A stretch of 64,000 nucleotides of DNA from Raja brachyura (Eukaryota): NCBI GenBank assembly GCA_963514005.1, contig OY740782.1:7750001-7814000 (forward strand), read 5' to 3'. The first letter of the stretch is position 1, and each line of letters starts with the position of its first letter. A program made the position numbers and the translations under genes. The notes beneath the pieces were generated by a model. It ran no database searches and was not told the DNA's origin. It was given only the letters and a program-made list of their open reading frames with translations. Positions 11,148 to 25,232 of the stretch are shown one piece after another.

Positions 11148-13300
11148 GTGCTGAGCCACCGGGAGATCAGGTTGGTTATTGCGAACAGAGCGGAGGTGTT
11201 GCACAATGCGATCGACAAGTCTATGCTTGGTCTCAGCGATGTATAGCAGCTGACACCTAGAGCAATAAATGAGGTTGGAGGAGGTGCAGGTGAACGGCTT
11301 TAGACCATTTTATTTTAAACTGCCGGCAGGACATCAACCGCCTCAACTTCTCCACTCTCCTTTCTCACTTAACCTCTCCGCCCCCGAACATACAGCCCTC
11401 CACTCACTCTGCAACAACCCAGACTGGGTGATCAAACCTGCCGACAATCTCTACAAGGCTGAGGCCACGCACCAACTCTCAGACACCTCCTCCTACTTAT
11501 CCTTGGATCATGACCCCACAGACGAGCACCAGGCCATTGTCTCTAACATCATCACTGACTTCATCACTTCTGGCTCCCTGCCATCCCAAGCCTCCATTCT
11601 CATCGTTCCCCAGCCCCGCACGGCCCAATTTTACCTTCTCCCCAAAATCCACAAACCTGACTGTTCTGGCAGACCCATTGATTCTGCCTGTTCGTGCCCC
11701 ACCGAACTTATTTCCACAAACCTCAACTGCATCCTATCCCCCCTGGTTAAATCCCTCCCTCGCTACGTATGTCCAAGACACCTCACATTCTCTTTGTCTC
11801 CTCCATAACTTCCGTTTTCCAGGCCCCCACTCCCTCATCTTCACCATGGATGTCCAGTCACTCTACACTCCATCCCCCACCAGGAGGGTCTTGAAGCCCT
11901 CCGTTTCTTCCTCGACCGCAGAACCAACCAATCCCCGTCTACTGATACTTTCCTCCGCCTAGTCCTTATCCTTAACAACTTTTCGTTTGACTCCTGTCAT
12001 TTCCTTCATGGGCCCAAGCTATGCCTGCCTCTTGGTAGGGTACCTCCTGCACCCATACAGAATCTCTGACTTCATCCATTTCACCACTAACATCTGTCCG
12101 GCACTCAAATACACCTGGACCATTTCTGATATCTCCCTACCGTTTCTAGACCTCACTATCTCCAACGCAGGTGACAGACTACTGACCAACATCTACTATA
12201 AACCCACTGACTCCCATGGCTATCTGGACTACATTTCTTCCCGCCCTGCTTCCTATAACAACTCCATCCCCTACTTCCAATTCCTCCGTCTACGCTGCAT
12301 CTCCACCCAGGATGAGGTGTTCCAAACTAGGGCATCTGAGATGTCCTCGTTCATTAGGGAACTTCTACTATCGATGAGGGTCTCTTCTATACCACGTAAC
12401 TCTGTTCTCACTCCCCATCTCCCCCCCCCCCCCCCCCCCCCACTAGTAATAAGGGCAGAGTCCCCCCCGTTCTCACCTTCCACCCTACCAGCTGTCACAT
12501 GCAACAAATAATCCTCTGACATTTTCGCCACCTCCAACGGGATCCCACCACTGCCCACATCTTCCCATCTCCTCCCCTTTCGGCTTTCCACAGAGACTGC
12601 TCGCTCCGTAACTCCCTGGTCAATTCGTCCCTTCCCACCCAAACCACCACCCCCCCCCCCCCCCCCCCCCAGCACTTTCCCTTGCAACCGCAGGAAATGC
12701 TACACTTGTCACTTTACCTCCCCCCTTGACTCCATCCAAGGGCCCAAACCGTCTTTCCAGGTGCGGCAGAGGTTCACCTGCACCTCCTCCAACCTCATCT
12801 ATTGCATCCGCCGCTCTAGGTGTCAGCTGCTCTACATTGGTGAGACCAAGCATAGGCTTGGCGATCGCTTCGCCCAACACCACCGCTCAGTTTGCAATAA
12901 CCAACCTGATCTCCCGGTGGCTCAGCACTTCAACTCCCCCTCCCATTCTGAATCCGACCTTTCTGTCCTGGGCCTCCTCCATGGCCAGAGTGAGGACCAC
13001 CGGAAATTGGAGGAGTAGCACCACATATTTCACTTGGGTTGTTTACGCCTCAGCAGTATGAACATTGACTTCCCCAATTTTAGGTAGTTACTGCTTTCTC
13101 CTTCTTCCCAGCTCTCCCACAGCCCACTGTCTCCACCTCTTCCTTTGTTCTTCCTGCCCCCCCCCCCCCACCCCCACATCAGTCTTGAGCCGAAACGTCA
13201 CCTATTTCATTCGCTCCATAGATGCTGCCTCACCCGCTGAGCTTCTCCAGCAATTTTGTCTACCTTCGATTTTCCAGCATCTGCAGTTCCTTCTTAAACA
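11148..13300 (+). mobile_element. Penelope-like retroelement (RT + GIY-YIG endonuclease), decayed, with inverted 5' segment
   Basis: RT motifs VIKPAD, FYLLPKIHK..GRPI, MDVQSLYT, LPFLDL, YYKPTD; endonuclease NLIYCI..S.C.LLYIGETK...HFN. 11148-11295 is the reverse complement of ~12772-12928. Terminal repeat ends ...ttcttaaaca. Confidence 0.9.
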
Positions 13301-14779
13301 TTATGTTAATATGGTTTCTTAAGAATCTTATATCCTTAAGAATTTCTTCATGCAATACTGTCAGACATGAAATTTAGATCCAGGCATGTAGAAGAATTTT
13401 TACATTCCATGTCTGTGCAGATCTCCCTCTGCTATTTTTATTTTATGAGAAAAGATGGAATAGTCCCAATATCCACAAAAGTTGCGCTTGGTCTTCTGAA
13501 TTTCTCAGTCCCTATCTCAATTCCTCAGAGGAAAATGCTTGAATTGAAAGTAGAAATGTATTTGGATTTCCTCCAGATATTTTACATGCAAATTATCTCG
13601 GAGTACAACTATGATCAAGTGATCCATATAGCCCTAGACATTGCTGAAATTCTGCTATGCATCTACAACATCTGATGTTGCTAAGTCCTCCAGCTAGGGA
13701 GGAGCTAAGCTCCTTTTGTAAATGCAAAAGCAGTGCATTTTTCAAATCTGTACAATCATTTTGGAAAGATCTCTGTTCTTTCAAGAAAATTGAGAGTCTG
13801 GCAGAGTTGCAGAATGTGATTGGCCCTCCAGGAACAAGAAAAGGGCTTTCACTTTCTTGGTCTGATTATGAAGATTTCAGGTTGTACACAATATCATTGT
13901 AAGAGTAGTAGTTTATTTATTTCTCATTGTAGAATTCTTGTTTGGATTTAAAATATGTTTTTGAGAAATATAGAAACGGAAAACAGGAGCAGGAATAGAC
14001 ATTCAGACTTTTGAGTCTGCTGTGCCATTCAATTTAATCATGTCTCCCTTCTAAATACAATATTCCAATGCTCTTCCCAAGCCTGTTAATGCCCTTTCTA
14101 TGCAGAAATCGTCTCAAATATATTCAACGATTTGGGCCAAACGCAGGCACGTGAGACTAGTGTAGATTGAACATGTTGCATGTTACTTCGATTAATACTA
14201 CAATATGATTTTTAGTCACCTACAAAGTGTCGCACTTTTTTAATAACCTTTCCATGGGTTTAATGGGAGTGTGGAACTGGGACAGAGGTGAGTGGGAAGA
14301 GAGTACAGCAAACTATCTGATGAGCCAATTGCTGAACCGTTAGGCCTTCAGAAAGTTGTTTGGAGGATTATTAATGTTACTGTATTTTCAACCTGTCTGA
14401 CCAGTTTATAAAGTTAGGGAGCAGTATAACAGAAGGATCCTTCAAGGAATATAGTTGAGAAAGTAGGGAAATGTAGCTTACTCTGGTCGAAAAAATTAAA
14501 AAATAGGAGACAAGAAACTGCAGATGCTGTTTTAACTGTGAACAAATAGTCAATATACATCCTAGTTCCTGCGACTCTGTACCTCTGCAGTGCACTTTCT
14601 GCCAATAATTAGTAATGAAAGAGTGTTGGAAATGTGAAATAAATAAATGCACATTTTTGTGAATACTGATATCTGTGGAAAAGGAAAGCGGTGACATTCG
14701 GTACTGAATTAGTGAAATATGTTTTGCTTGCGAACCAGGCAAATCATGCCTTGCATAAGAAAATCAAGTTGTGCAAAAC

Positions 14780-15040
14780 AGAAAATAAACAGAGTGCAGA
14801 TATGTGTGTTACAGATACAGAGACAAGGCAGATTTAAAAACAAGTACAAGGGCCGCAACAAGGTAGATTAGGAGATCCAAAGCGTATGAGAAATCCATTC
14901 AAGGGTCCGATAACAACGGTGAAGAACTGTTCTTGAATCTGGTGCATGCTGCCGATGGGAGAGGGCAGAAGAAAGAATGATCGGTTTGTGATCATTCCTT
15001 GATTATGTTTGCTTTCCCGAGGCAGCATGGTGTAGATGGT
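14780..15040 (-). mobile_element. Rex1-like LINE 3' fragment
   Basis: gaagaactgttcttgaatctggtg motif, similar to 51190-51220; degenerate. Confidence 0.5.
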
Positions 15041-16108
15041 GTTTAAGAAGGAACTGCAGATGCTGGAAAATCAAAGGTAGACAAAAGTGCTGGAGAAACT
15101 CAGTGGGTGCAGCAGCATCTATGGAGCAAAAGAAATGGGCAACGTTTCGGACCGAAACACTTCTTCAGCATCGGAGGGAGCAGGAGAACTTCTTCAAAGT
15201 TGGCATACCTTGAGGAGATTTTGCAGTGGAATAGACAAAGTGTTTAAGAAGGAACTGCAGATGCTGGAAAATCGAAGGTAGACAAAAGTGCTGGAGAAAC
15301 TCAGCGGGTGCAGCAGCATCATTCCATTCTCTAGGCCCCCATCCCCTCATCTTCACCATGGACGTCCAGTCACTCTACACCTCCATCCCCCATCAGGATG
15401 GTCTCAAAGCCCTCCGGTTCTCCCTCGACCAGAGAATCAATCTATACCCGTCCACAGATACTCTCCTCTGCCTGGTGGAGTTGGTCCTTACCCTCAATAA
15501 CTTCTCGTTTGACTCCTCCCATTTCCTCCAAATGCGGCATGGGCCGCAGCTATGTCTGCCTATTTGTCGGGTACGTCGAACAATCCTTGTTTGAGGCGTA
15601 CCAGGGCCCCATCTCCGACCTCTACCTCCGCTACATCAACGATTGCTGTGGTGCTCCTGCACCCACACACAACTGACTGACTTCATCCGTTTCACCACTA
15701 ACTTCCATCCGGCACTCAAATACACCTGGACCATTTCCGACACTTCCCTACCATTTCTTGACCTCACTATTTCCATCGCCGTGATAGACCTCTGACCGAC
15801 ATCCACTATAAACCGACTGACTCCCATGGCTATCTAGACTCCTCTTCCCATCCTGCTTCCTGTAAGGACTCCATCCCCTACTCCCAATTCCTCAGTCTAC
15901 GCCGCCTCTGCTCCCAGGATGAGGTGTTCCACACCAGGGCATCGGGAATGTCCTAATTCTTCAGGGAACGGGGGTTCCCCTCCCCTACTATAGATGAGGC
16001 TCTCACCAGGGTCTCTTCCATTCTCCGTAACACTGCGCTCTCTCTCTCTCCATCCCCCCCCCACTAGTAACAAGGGCTGTCCCCCTAGTCCTCACCTTTC
16101 GCCCTACT
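15040..16108 (+). mobile_element. Penelope-like element fragment preceded by two inverted terminal-repeat copies
   Basis: 15040-15168 and 15241-15320 are reverse complements of the 13190-13300 terminus. They are followed by an RT fragment (MDVQSLYTSIPH, LVLTLNNFSF, YLRYIND). Confidence 0.88.
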
Positions 16109-17092
16109 ATTGGTAGCTGACATCATGATTACGTTGTTAATACGGAATTGTAAATGTTGGGTTTTCCTGTTGTTTCAAAGTTTGTGATCAATAATTTGTG
16201 ATTGATAGAACCACAAGATGACAAGTGTATTGTATCGGTGATAAGAATATTTTAAATGGGTATACTCTGTGATTTATTTGTGTTAAACGTCATTGCTGTG
16301 TAAACATGTGACTACGTTTCCAAAATACTATAAAAATATGTTGTATATCTTCATTCATTAGAGTGGTGGCTCGGGAGGGTTAAATATCTGTTGCATACTT
16401 GACTTTGTGTCCCTGGCACTCTCGCCGGCTAATGATCAGTAAAGCTTGTGTTGGTTTACCTAACCTATTGTCAGTTGGCTGATTTAAGAAATGAACCTTA
16501 ACATTATGGAGAAGGAAGAATTTGAGGGATATCCTACTGGGCAGTAGATACAGAGGCTTGAAAGCGCGCACAGCCAGAATCGAGAACAGCTTCTTCCCCT
16601 CTCTCAGGCTTGTGAATGGTCTGTCTCATATAGGGTACTATTGAATCAAGGCTACTCTATTGCTGACATAGAAATTTATCTCTGGAACTGGTGTGCTACA
16701 ATGCTGAGAACTATATTCTGCACTCTGGATTTCCTGCGTACTCTATTATATATCTATCATATATCTATATCTATGATATATCTATTCTTTGGCTTGCATT
16801 CAAAACCGAACTTTTCACTGTATCTCGGTACATATGACAGTAATAAACATAACCCAAAATATTGGTCAAACACCGATGAATGGGATTAGTTCAGATAGGC
16901 ACTTTGGACTGGCATGGATGAGACTGTTAGAAAGGCTTGTTTATGCACTGTCTAATTCCATGACTCTACATAACATTGACGCGACATATTAGGTAATTTC
17001 TAAAGATTAACTACGGCCTGCGCCATCTTTGATTAACCCAAAGGAATTTAATATTATATCATCTGTGAGCATCTCAACGTCTGACATTAGAA

Positions 17093-17995
17093 AAGTTTAA
17101 GTTTATTAGCCAAGTATTTACATACAAGGAATTTGCCTTGGTGCTCTGCCCGCAAGTGACAACATGACATACAGTGACAGTTAGGATTGACACAAACATT
17201 ATTGATTAAACATGTGAATTAAATAAAATACCAGAGCAAAAGGGGGCTACAGATTTTTGGTTCTTGAGTAGAGCTACTTCTCGTGGAAAAAAAGCTGTTT
17301 TTATGTCTGGGTGTGTCACCTTTGACAGTCCGGAGTCGCCTTCCAGAGGGAAATGATTCAAAGAGTTTGTGGCCAGGGTGAGAGGGGTTAGAGATGATCT
17401 TACCCGCTCGCTTCCTGGCCCTTGCAGTGTACAGTTCGTCAATGGAGGGAAGGTTATAGCCAATAACCTTCTCAGCTGATTGGACGATTCACTGCAGCCT
17501 CCAGGTGTCGTGCTTGGTGGCTGAGCCAAACCAGACCATGATGGAGAAGGTGAGGACAGACTCTACGATGGCCGTGTAGAATTGGACCATCATTGCCTGT
17601 GGCAGATTGTACTTCCTCAGCTGCCGCAGGAAGTACATCCTCTGGTTGTGCCTTTTTGACTGTGGAGTCAATGGTGCCCCCGCCCCCCATTTAAGTTCAT
17701 TGGAGATGATGGTTCCCAGGAACTTAAAATACTCTACAGATGTGACTGTGGTGTTGTTGACGGTGAGTGGGGTGAGGGGATTGTAGACTCCTATAGTCTA
17801 CAATCAGTTCCACTGTCTTAAGAGCATTGAGCTCCAGGTTGTTACGATGGCACCAGGACACCAGCTGCATCACTTCCTGTCTGTAGGCAGATTCCTCCCC
17901 ATCCTGAATCAGTCCAATCAGGGCTGTGTCGTCCGCAAACTTGAGAAGCTTGACAGAGGAGTCAGTGGAGGTGCAGTCGTTGGTGTAGAGGAGAG
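17093..17995 (-). mobile_element. Rex1/Babar-type LINE, 5'-truncated
   Basis: LYTNDC...KLLKFADDT..IGLI....ESAYRQEV..LV.WC..NNLELN..KT.ELIVD and RMYFLRQLRK...FYTAIVESVLTFSI.VW; short-repeat tail near 17093. Confidence 0.85.
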
Positions 17996-20859
17996 GGAAA
18001 AGTAATTGAAGTAGCTGATCCTTGTGTGTAGCCATGTGATATCCTGGGGTTGGATTATTGATATCTTATAAAATCAACAGACATCTTCCTTTTTGTGAGG
18101 TTTGTTTATTTCCTTCATTTTCATTGGGCTAGAGCAAGCTAAAGGCTGCCTACAGTGTGCATGGCGGTGTGTTTGATGCTTTGCTGACATCTCACTATCG
18201 AGCAGAAGTCAGGAATACATTGGAAATCAATGCCCATTCATTTGAGCTGCCCCGCTGTTCTTGAATTAGCACTGGATCCATGTATTACTGAACCAAGGAG
18301 CCAGAGGTTCCTTATCATGCAGCCCTGTTCATTAAAATGAGAACCTTGAAGCAGTGACCTTCATAAGCAGATATATTTTCACTGGACAAGGTTTTAATTA
18401 ATAACAGATTAATGATTATTAATTTTCAGTTTTTAACAATTTCTTTTTTCAGAGGGATTTAGAAATGCTGAACAGTTCTTCCAATGGCATGACTTGTCAG
18501 TAGTAGGAAGAATAGGAAAATATAATTTTAAATGCTGGAGAAACGCGTAAAGGTTTGTCTACATGAACGTCTTAATGTGGGTGGAACTTGCCCTGCCTAC
18601 AGCATAATTGCTGCACACACTTGTGGATCAACCAAGACAGTGAGCTTGAGAGCCATTCAAGATTAGTACAACTGGAGCTTGCACGAGAGTGGTCACAGGC
18701 TGGGTCAGGCAGCATCTAGTGCAATGATTAAATTGTATCAGCACTCCTCAATGGCAGGTTAGGTCAAGTTAAGTAATAATTTCATTGTTCTGGTTCCAGA
18801 CATATGAGAGAAAAGCATTTGATATTGTTGGTTGTCATTGGCAGTCACTGTTCCTCAGCTTGGACTATGGCTGTAACGGATTGTAGGATCGTATAGCTCT
18901 GCCAACTATATCTTGCTTTTACTATTTAGCACATATTCGCTCCTGATTTTACAGCTTGCCAGGTACATGTCTTATGTTCCAGCATGTTCAATGGTACTAC
19001 CTTCAATGAGCTTCCAACCTCGGCTGTTTCTGTCCCTGATGCTTCAATAATGCTCAGTTTTTGAACTGACAGGACTGTTCTGAATTTATTTCATTCAAGC
19101 TGGAACTTGTCCTTTGAATGATGATGGGATTTAATGATTGTCCCAGTACATGACCTGCAGCTTTGACCATTCCTCTGCCTCCACAGATGTTGCCTGATCC
19201 ACTGAATTCCTCCAATGTTTTTTTTGGTAAATGATTATGTGATGTGCACTTTGGTCAACATCACCATGGCTAGATGCATCTGAGACGGATATATGATGAG
19301 GTGTAGGTTAAATGGGCCAATTTGTACTGTTGGCTCACTCACCATTTTCCATTGGCCAACAATAGTGGCTGTTTAACAATTTGGTCTTTCAGAACTCAGC
19401 CCCCCTGATATCTTCGATTTAAACCATCCTCTGCAATTCTTTCCTACGCACCCTGATGTAACTGTAATGTGGTAGGCATTGGGAATCCTGCCTCCAGTAC
19501 ACCCTGTGCCATAGCCTTTTACCAGTACTGATTCATTAACTTGGGGATTAATCAATTTACATCTAATACCATGTGATAATGTCAAAGATTACTGGAGCCA
19601 TTTCTTCCTAATTGTATACCATTTGAGTACAACGTCTGGCAGAGAAATTTTAAGAAATTAACTATTTCCTGAAATGTGCTTGAAATTTAATTGGAATGTC
19701 TCCTCCAGACACAAGGCCATTTGGCACATCAGAGTTCCTCTGATTTCCCCCATTTCTCATTTTAAAAAAAAAAAAAAAATCTCTTATCTATCCATTAATT
19801 CTCAATTTGTCTGCTAACCACATACATGGTGTAAATGAACTAGCAGATTATCGTGAAAAATGCTGATTGGGTGGAATCCAGTGCACCCAGAGGAAATCTA
19901 GGCAATCACACAGAGAATGAACGACCCCACACAACATGAGACCTGACCGTACTTCTGCTCCCTGCTTACAAACAGAAACTGAAGCTAGTAGATTGGGTAT
20001 AGAAAGTCATACAATGCTGGTCTGAGTAAACAGATGAGATTCTGTGTGTGTCTGTGGAGTGATGCTTATTACAGAATTCTGAGGCTTACCTGGGTGAATG
20101 TGCACTACTATCAAAGACTTAATCAGCAAGTGTATAGAGGACTGTGTACCAAAGACGATGATTCAAGTGCTCCCAACCTGAAACTATGGATGAACCATGA
20201 AGTCCACTCCCAGGTGAAGTGCACGTCTGCAGAGTTCAATCCAAACAATCCCAAGTGGTACAAGAAGGGTCTCGACCCGAAACGTCGCCTATTTCTTCTC
20301 CCCATAGATGCTGCCTCACCTGCTGAGTTTCTCCAGCATTTTTGTCTACCTTTGATTTTTCCAGCATCTGCAGTTCTTTCTTAAACAAGAAATTTATCTG
20401 ATTTTCACAAAGCCATTAAGGCTGACATGAGGGGATTCTGGACCAAACTGGAGTTCCAAGGCAGTGATACAGACTACTGTAGATTGTGGCAAGGCTTGAA
20501 CGCTATTACACGCTACTAAAGCAAAGGTGGAGAGTATTGTTGGCAACAGTGGGTCCCTCCCCGATGAGCTCAATGCATTCTAAGCCCCACTTTGATCAGA
20601 GGGTTGGTGGAGGAACATCACCTGCCCAACCTGTCATGTGTGCGCCTGTACCAATGGCTGCTGTGGCAGATATAAGATCGGCCTTCCTGGGAGTTAAACC
20701 GTGGAAAGTTACTGGCCCGATTCGCATACTTGGGCAAATAGGACTAGCTTAAATGGGAATCTTGGTTGGATAAGTTGGACTGATGAAGGCCAGCTTACCT
20801 GTTTTCTTGCTGTATTACTCTGACACAATGGATAAGTTTCTGGCCAACTGCTGTCTTCA

Positions 20860-21370
20860 TACCCCTTATGTATATACCTCTATTAACCTCCTCGGCTGCA
20901 GGGATAACATACCTAGCCTCCCCTCGTAAACTGAACTGCTCAATCCCAGGCAACATCCTCGTGAAGCTCCTCTGCCCCCACTCCAGCTCTGTCAGGCACT
21001 ACTTATAATATGGTGATCTGAACTGCATGTTATATTCCAGCTGGGATCTGGTCAATGTTTTATAAAGTTGAAAGTAAGAACCCTGTACATTCATCCAGGC
21101 CAGTAGTCTACATGCTTTTTTCATTACATTGTGCTCCTGCATTACCATCTTCAAGGATCTTTGGACTTGCACACTAAGATCCCTGTGTTCCACAATACTA
21201 TCTAGGACCTTGCCATTCTTTGGGTATGTACCAGCCTCATTTGTACTCCAAAAAAGCGTTGTCTCACATGTTCAGGATTAAACTCCATCTGCCATTTCTC
21301 AGCCCTTTTCACCAGCACATTGATATCGCCCTGTAGCCTAAGACTACCCTACACACTATCAACAACCCCA
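20860..21370 (-). mobile_element. Old CR1 fragment
   Basis: Degenerate RT C-terminus (RDLSVQV, QLYKTL.R.QLEY..QF.SPYY). Confidence 0.65.
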
Positions 21371-22206
21371 CCCGCTGTGCCAATTCTAGCTGACCTAGCT
21401 TCTTGGAGTTGCATGGTTTAATTGCTTTGTTGCGGTCCATCATAGGTTCATTAGACATTGCAACATAAAATTATCTGCCAAATGAAATGTTTGAGGCAGA
21501 TACTGCTAGATCTTTTTAAAGAAAGTGAGGTAGGTTTTGAAAACGAATTCGATTTTGGGAGCGGGTACGCGAGGACCTCTTCTTCTTGCGTATGGCGTGC
21601 ACAGCCTAAAGTTGCAGGACAACTTGTTTTATTTGATTGTGCCCGCCGGATTGATTGCATTCGATCGAATGCAATCGAAACAGGTTGTAATCTTCCACTC
21701 CACACCAGGACTGTTCTGGCAAGGAACCCAGGTGCACTAGGAATTTGGTCTGTAGATTTATCATTTGCAGCTTGATTGTTGTGAGAAGCATCCACAGCAT
21801 CAATACAAAATGTTAATTGTCTTTAATGTGCTCAATAGTTTATTTGGTGGACATGGACACTGTTCTCTGCAATACACTGGAATCTGGCCAATAATATTTG
21901 TCAACTCTATCATGTTGACAGGAATGTAGTTGAAAAAATGTCCAAAGCAAAAACAGAAGAGGCCAGAAATACTCAGCAGATCAAACTATATTTCCGGAGA
22001 AGGAAAAGTTAATATTGAAAGCTAAGGACTTTCTTATTTATAATATCTGTTATCCTCACTAATCGTGTTTTGATTCATTGGCTTTAACTCTATTGTGAAC
22101 ATAATACATGCGTACGTGTGTATTGGAAGATAAAGTTACAGTTCAACTCTAATAGATCAACCAGTCTGCCGCTTTACTCATACTTTCCTTTGGTCTCTCT
22201 CCACAG

Positions 22207-22315
22207 AGTGGCAACAGTTTCCATGTCTTTGATCAAGGACGTTTTGCGAAAGAAGTGCTTCCAAAATACTTCAAGCACAACAACATGGCCAGTTTTGTGC
22301 GACAGCTCAATATGT
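22207..22315 (+). CDS. hsf1: HSF1 coding exon (exon 2 by vertebrate analogy), DNA-binding domain
   Basis: Acceptor ccacag| and donor |gtaagt. Translates [36 protein letters not shown](Y), the HSF DBD signature; SFHVFDQG is HSF1-like rather than HSF2 or HSF4. 109 bp. Confidence 0.95.
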
Positions 22316-22795
22316 GTAAGTAGTGGCAGGTGGAAAATCCTGTGTTTACGGTTTTTTGTAAGTATGCCCATGGCAGCGTGGTATCTATATGGGAATTGGC
22401 ACCATTTAGTTAGAAATGAGATACAGAGAAAAAAAAACCTTGTCCGATCGTGCATTGCCTCTGGTCTTTTGCTGAGGTTCTTCGGCCTATAATCTTGATC
22501 AGTAATCATCGCTCCCTCTGTAACAAAGCACTGCATTGGGGCAAGCAAAGACTCTGGAAACCTGGTGCTGTTAACGCCACAATAGCCCCTTTAAAAGTGC
22601 TTTCCACTAACTTGACTATACACGCATTTTTATTTATTATTTTAATTACCACCTCTTACACTAAAAGGTGATCCCTGTGGCCCACCACTGGTCACAGGCC
22701 TCCATTCCGGACAACGTTGTTAGAGTTCCAAATGCCTATCATTCTACTGGGGTCACATTTATTTTTTATGATGCAAAGGGAGGTGGGAACATCTA

Positions 22796-25098
22796 TCTGT
22801 ATATTACTATAACTCTCAGCTTGTTTGTTTCTATGTCTGTTCGGGGTGTGCTCCTGAAATTATGCCAAAACGGTACACGATAGCACTACGATTTTTGGCC
22901 CATCATACTTACCATTGTGTGTGTGGTGTATCAAGTTTTGTTCAGATTGATGATATATTTCTATGTTATTCACATTTTAAACTTCACAAAACCCCAATTT
23001 GACAAAAATCAAAAATCTGCGTTGACTGTAAGCAACGTATGATGTCACAATTGGATCTCATTTACATAAACTGCCCATCAGCAAAGTGTTCCACCCTACA
23101 ATTACATCACAATGGGATCTCATTTGCATTTGTTTAAAGTCCGTTTTAAAAACCACAGCAGCGTTCCATTCAGATTGATGTTATATTTTACAAGTTATTC
23201 ACATTTTAAAGTTTAAAATATCAAACTTTTCACTTTAAAACTTGCCCTGCCTGTTACAATGTTACCAAATGACAGAACACCCAGTGCAATGAGAGATTTG
23301 TTAAGTGTAAGGGGAGAGTGGGAGTGGAGGAGGAGAGGGAGAGGATTATTGTTTAATGTTATTTGAACATTGTCTTTAGTGGGGGAGTGGGATAGGGGGA
23401 GGTGAGGAGTGGGGGAGCAGGGAGATAGAGGGAGAGGAGGGGGGTTGGGAGGGGAGAGGGGTTATGGAGGGAAGGAGTGACAGGGTAGGGGGAGGGATGG
23501 AGAGGAGTAGAAGGGAAAGAAGAGGGGAATGGAGGGGAGGCAGAGCTGCGGGATGAGGGGAAATGAGCCACGCCTGGGCAGTTGGAGGATATGGGTTAGT
23601 GGTAGAATATTGTGTTGGGGAATGGGCATGTGGTGGAATATTGCTTTGGGGGAACAGGGCCCAATGGGTCCCATTTGGTCTAGTATTATTATATTACTAA
23701 AACTCTCATGTTTGTATGCGTGCGTGTCTGCGTATGTGGTCCTGAAATATACCGCCAAAACGGTATAGGATAGCGCTTTTGGCCCGCCTCACTCACCATT
23801 GTCCTGTAGTGTGTTGTATCAAGTTTTGTTCAGATTTATGGTATATTTTACAAGTTATTCACATTTTTAAACTTTGCAAAATCCACTTTGACAAAAATCT
23901 CTTCCATCTGCACTGGTTGTTAGCAGCGTATGACGTCGCAATGGGATCTAATTTACATGAACTACCCACTATGTCAGCCGTGTTCCACCTCACAATGACA
24001 TCACAATGGGATCTTATTTACATTTTTTAAAACTCCGTTTTCAAATACACAGCAGCGTTGATGTTATTTTACAAGTTATTCACATTTTGAACTTTACATT
24101 TTCACTTTGTAACGGGCGGGGCAAGTTTTAAAGTGAAAAGTGATTTTTAATTTTTTTTTTAAAGTTTAAGATGTGAATAACTTGTAAAATATACCATATA
24201 TCTGAACGAAACTTGATACAACACACCACAGGACAATGGTGAGTAAGCTGGGCCAAAAATTGTAGCGCAATGATGTACCGTTTTGGCGAAGTTCAGGGAA
24301 CAAATGTAGAAACAAACAAAAACAAACAAACAAGGTGAGAGTTTTAGTTATATATTAGACCAAGTGGGACATGTTGGGTTCCGTTCCCCCAACGCAACCC
24401 GTTCCCCCAGCGCAATATTCCACCACGCACCCACAGCTCCCAACTGCGCAGGCGTGGCTCATTTCCCCCCATCCCCAGCACTCCCTCCCCCTCCTCTTCA
24501 CACTCCCTCTTCTTTCCCCTCTCCTCCTCCTGGGAGTCCTGTCATTTGTTAGCATTGTAACGGGCAGGGCAAGTTTTAATGTTACCAAATGACAGGACTC
24601 GCAGTGCAATAAGAGATTAGTTACATTGTTGTAAGGAGAGGGAGGGAGTGGGGGTGGGGAGGAGAAGAGGGTGAGGATTGTTGTTTAATGTTATTTAAAC
24701 ATTGTGTTTAGTGGGGGAGTGGGATAGGGGGGTGGCGAGGAGTGGGGGAGCAGGGAGATAGAGGGAGATAGGGAGGGGAGAGGGGCTATGAAGGGAGGGA
24801 GTGACTGAGAGTAGGGGAGGGGAGGAAGAGAGGCGAAAAAGGGATATATAAATAAATAACAACTAAAATTCTCATCTTGTTTGTTTTTGTTTGCTGGTTT
24901 GTTTGTACCTATATTTGTTCCCGAAACTGCGCCAAAATGGTACACGATAGTGCTACAATTTTAGACCCACCTTACTCACCGTTGTCCTGCGATGTCCATT
25001 AGCCAAGTTTCGTTCAGATTGATGTTATTGACATTTAAATCTTAAATTAACTTGGTGGAATATTGCGTTGGCGGAATGGGACCCAGCGCTTGGTCTAG
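22796..25098 (+). mobile_element. Tandem/inverted array of non-autonomous Helitron-type elements
   Basis: Units start (tc)..tatattactaaaactctc and end with a GGG(A)CCC-aa-GGGTCCC hairpin plus ttggtCTAG (23683 and 25098; a minus-strand end at ~24356). No TIRs or TSDs; head-to-tail arrangement. Confidence 0.75.
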
Positions 25099-25232
25099 AA
25101 AAGTATAAAGATATAAAGACAATAATGTCTGATATTTTTTTTAGCATATCGAATATATCCACCAGTGGGAAGTGTAGAAAAGCAGAATGTTATTAAATAG
25201 AGATGTTTTAAAATGGAGAGATTACAGAATGT

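Noticed and set aside
12421-12670. Long poly-C runs as G-quadruplex or regulatory features
   Set aside because: Homopolymers inside Penelope copies and other repeats; their lengths are error-prone and there is no evidence of function.
1-22206. hsf1 first coding exon (VPAFLTKLW motif) and promoter
   Set aside because: Not found by eye. The GC-rich patches at 1.9-2.4 kb and 10.5-10.9 kb are MITE interiors, not a promoter island.
22796-25098. CRISPR-like or satellite interpretation of the repeated units
   Set aside because: The units are several hundred bp with Helitron-type ends, not short repeats with unique spacers, and the context is eukaryotic.
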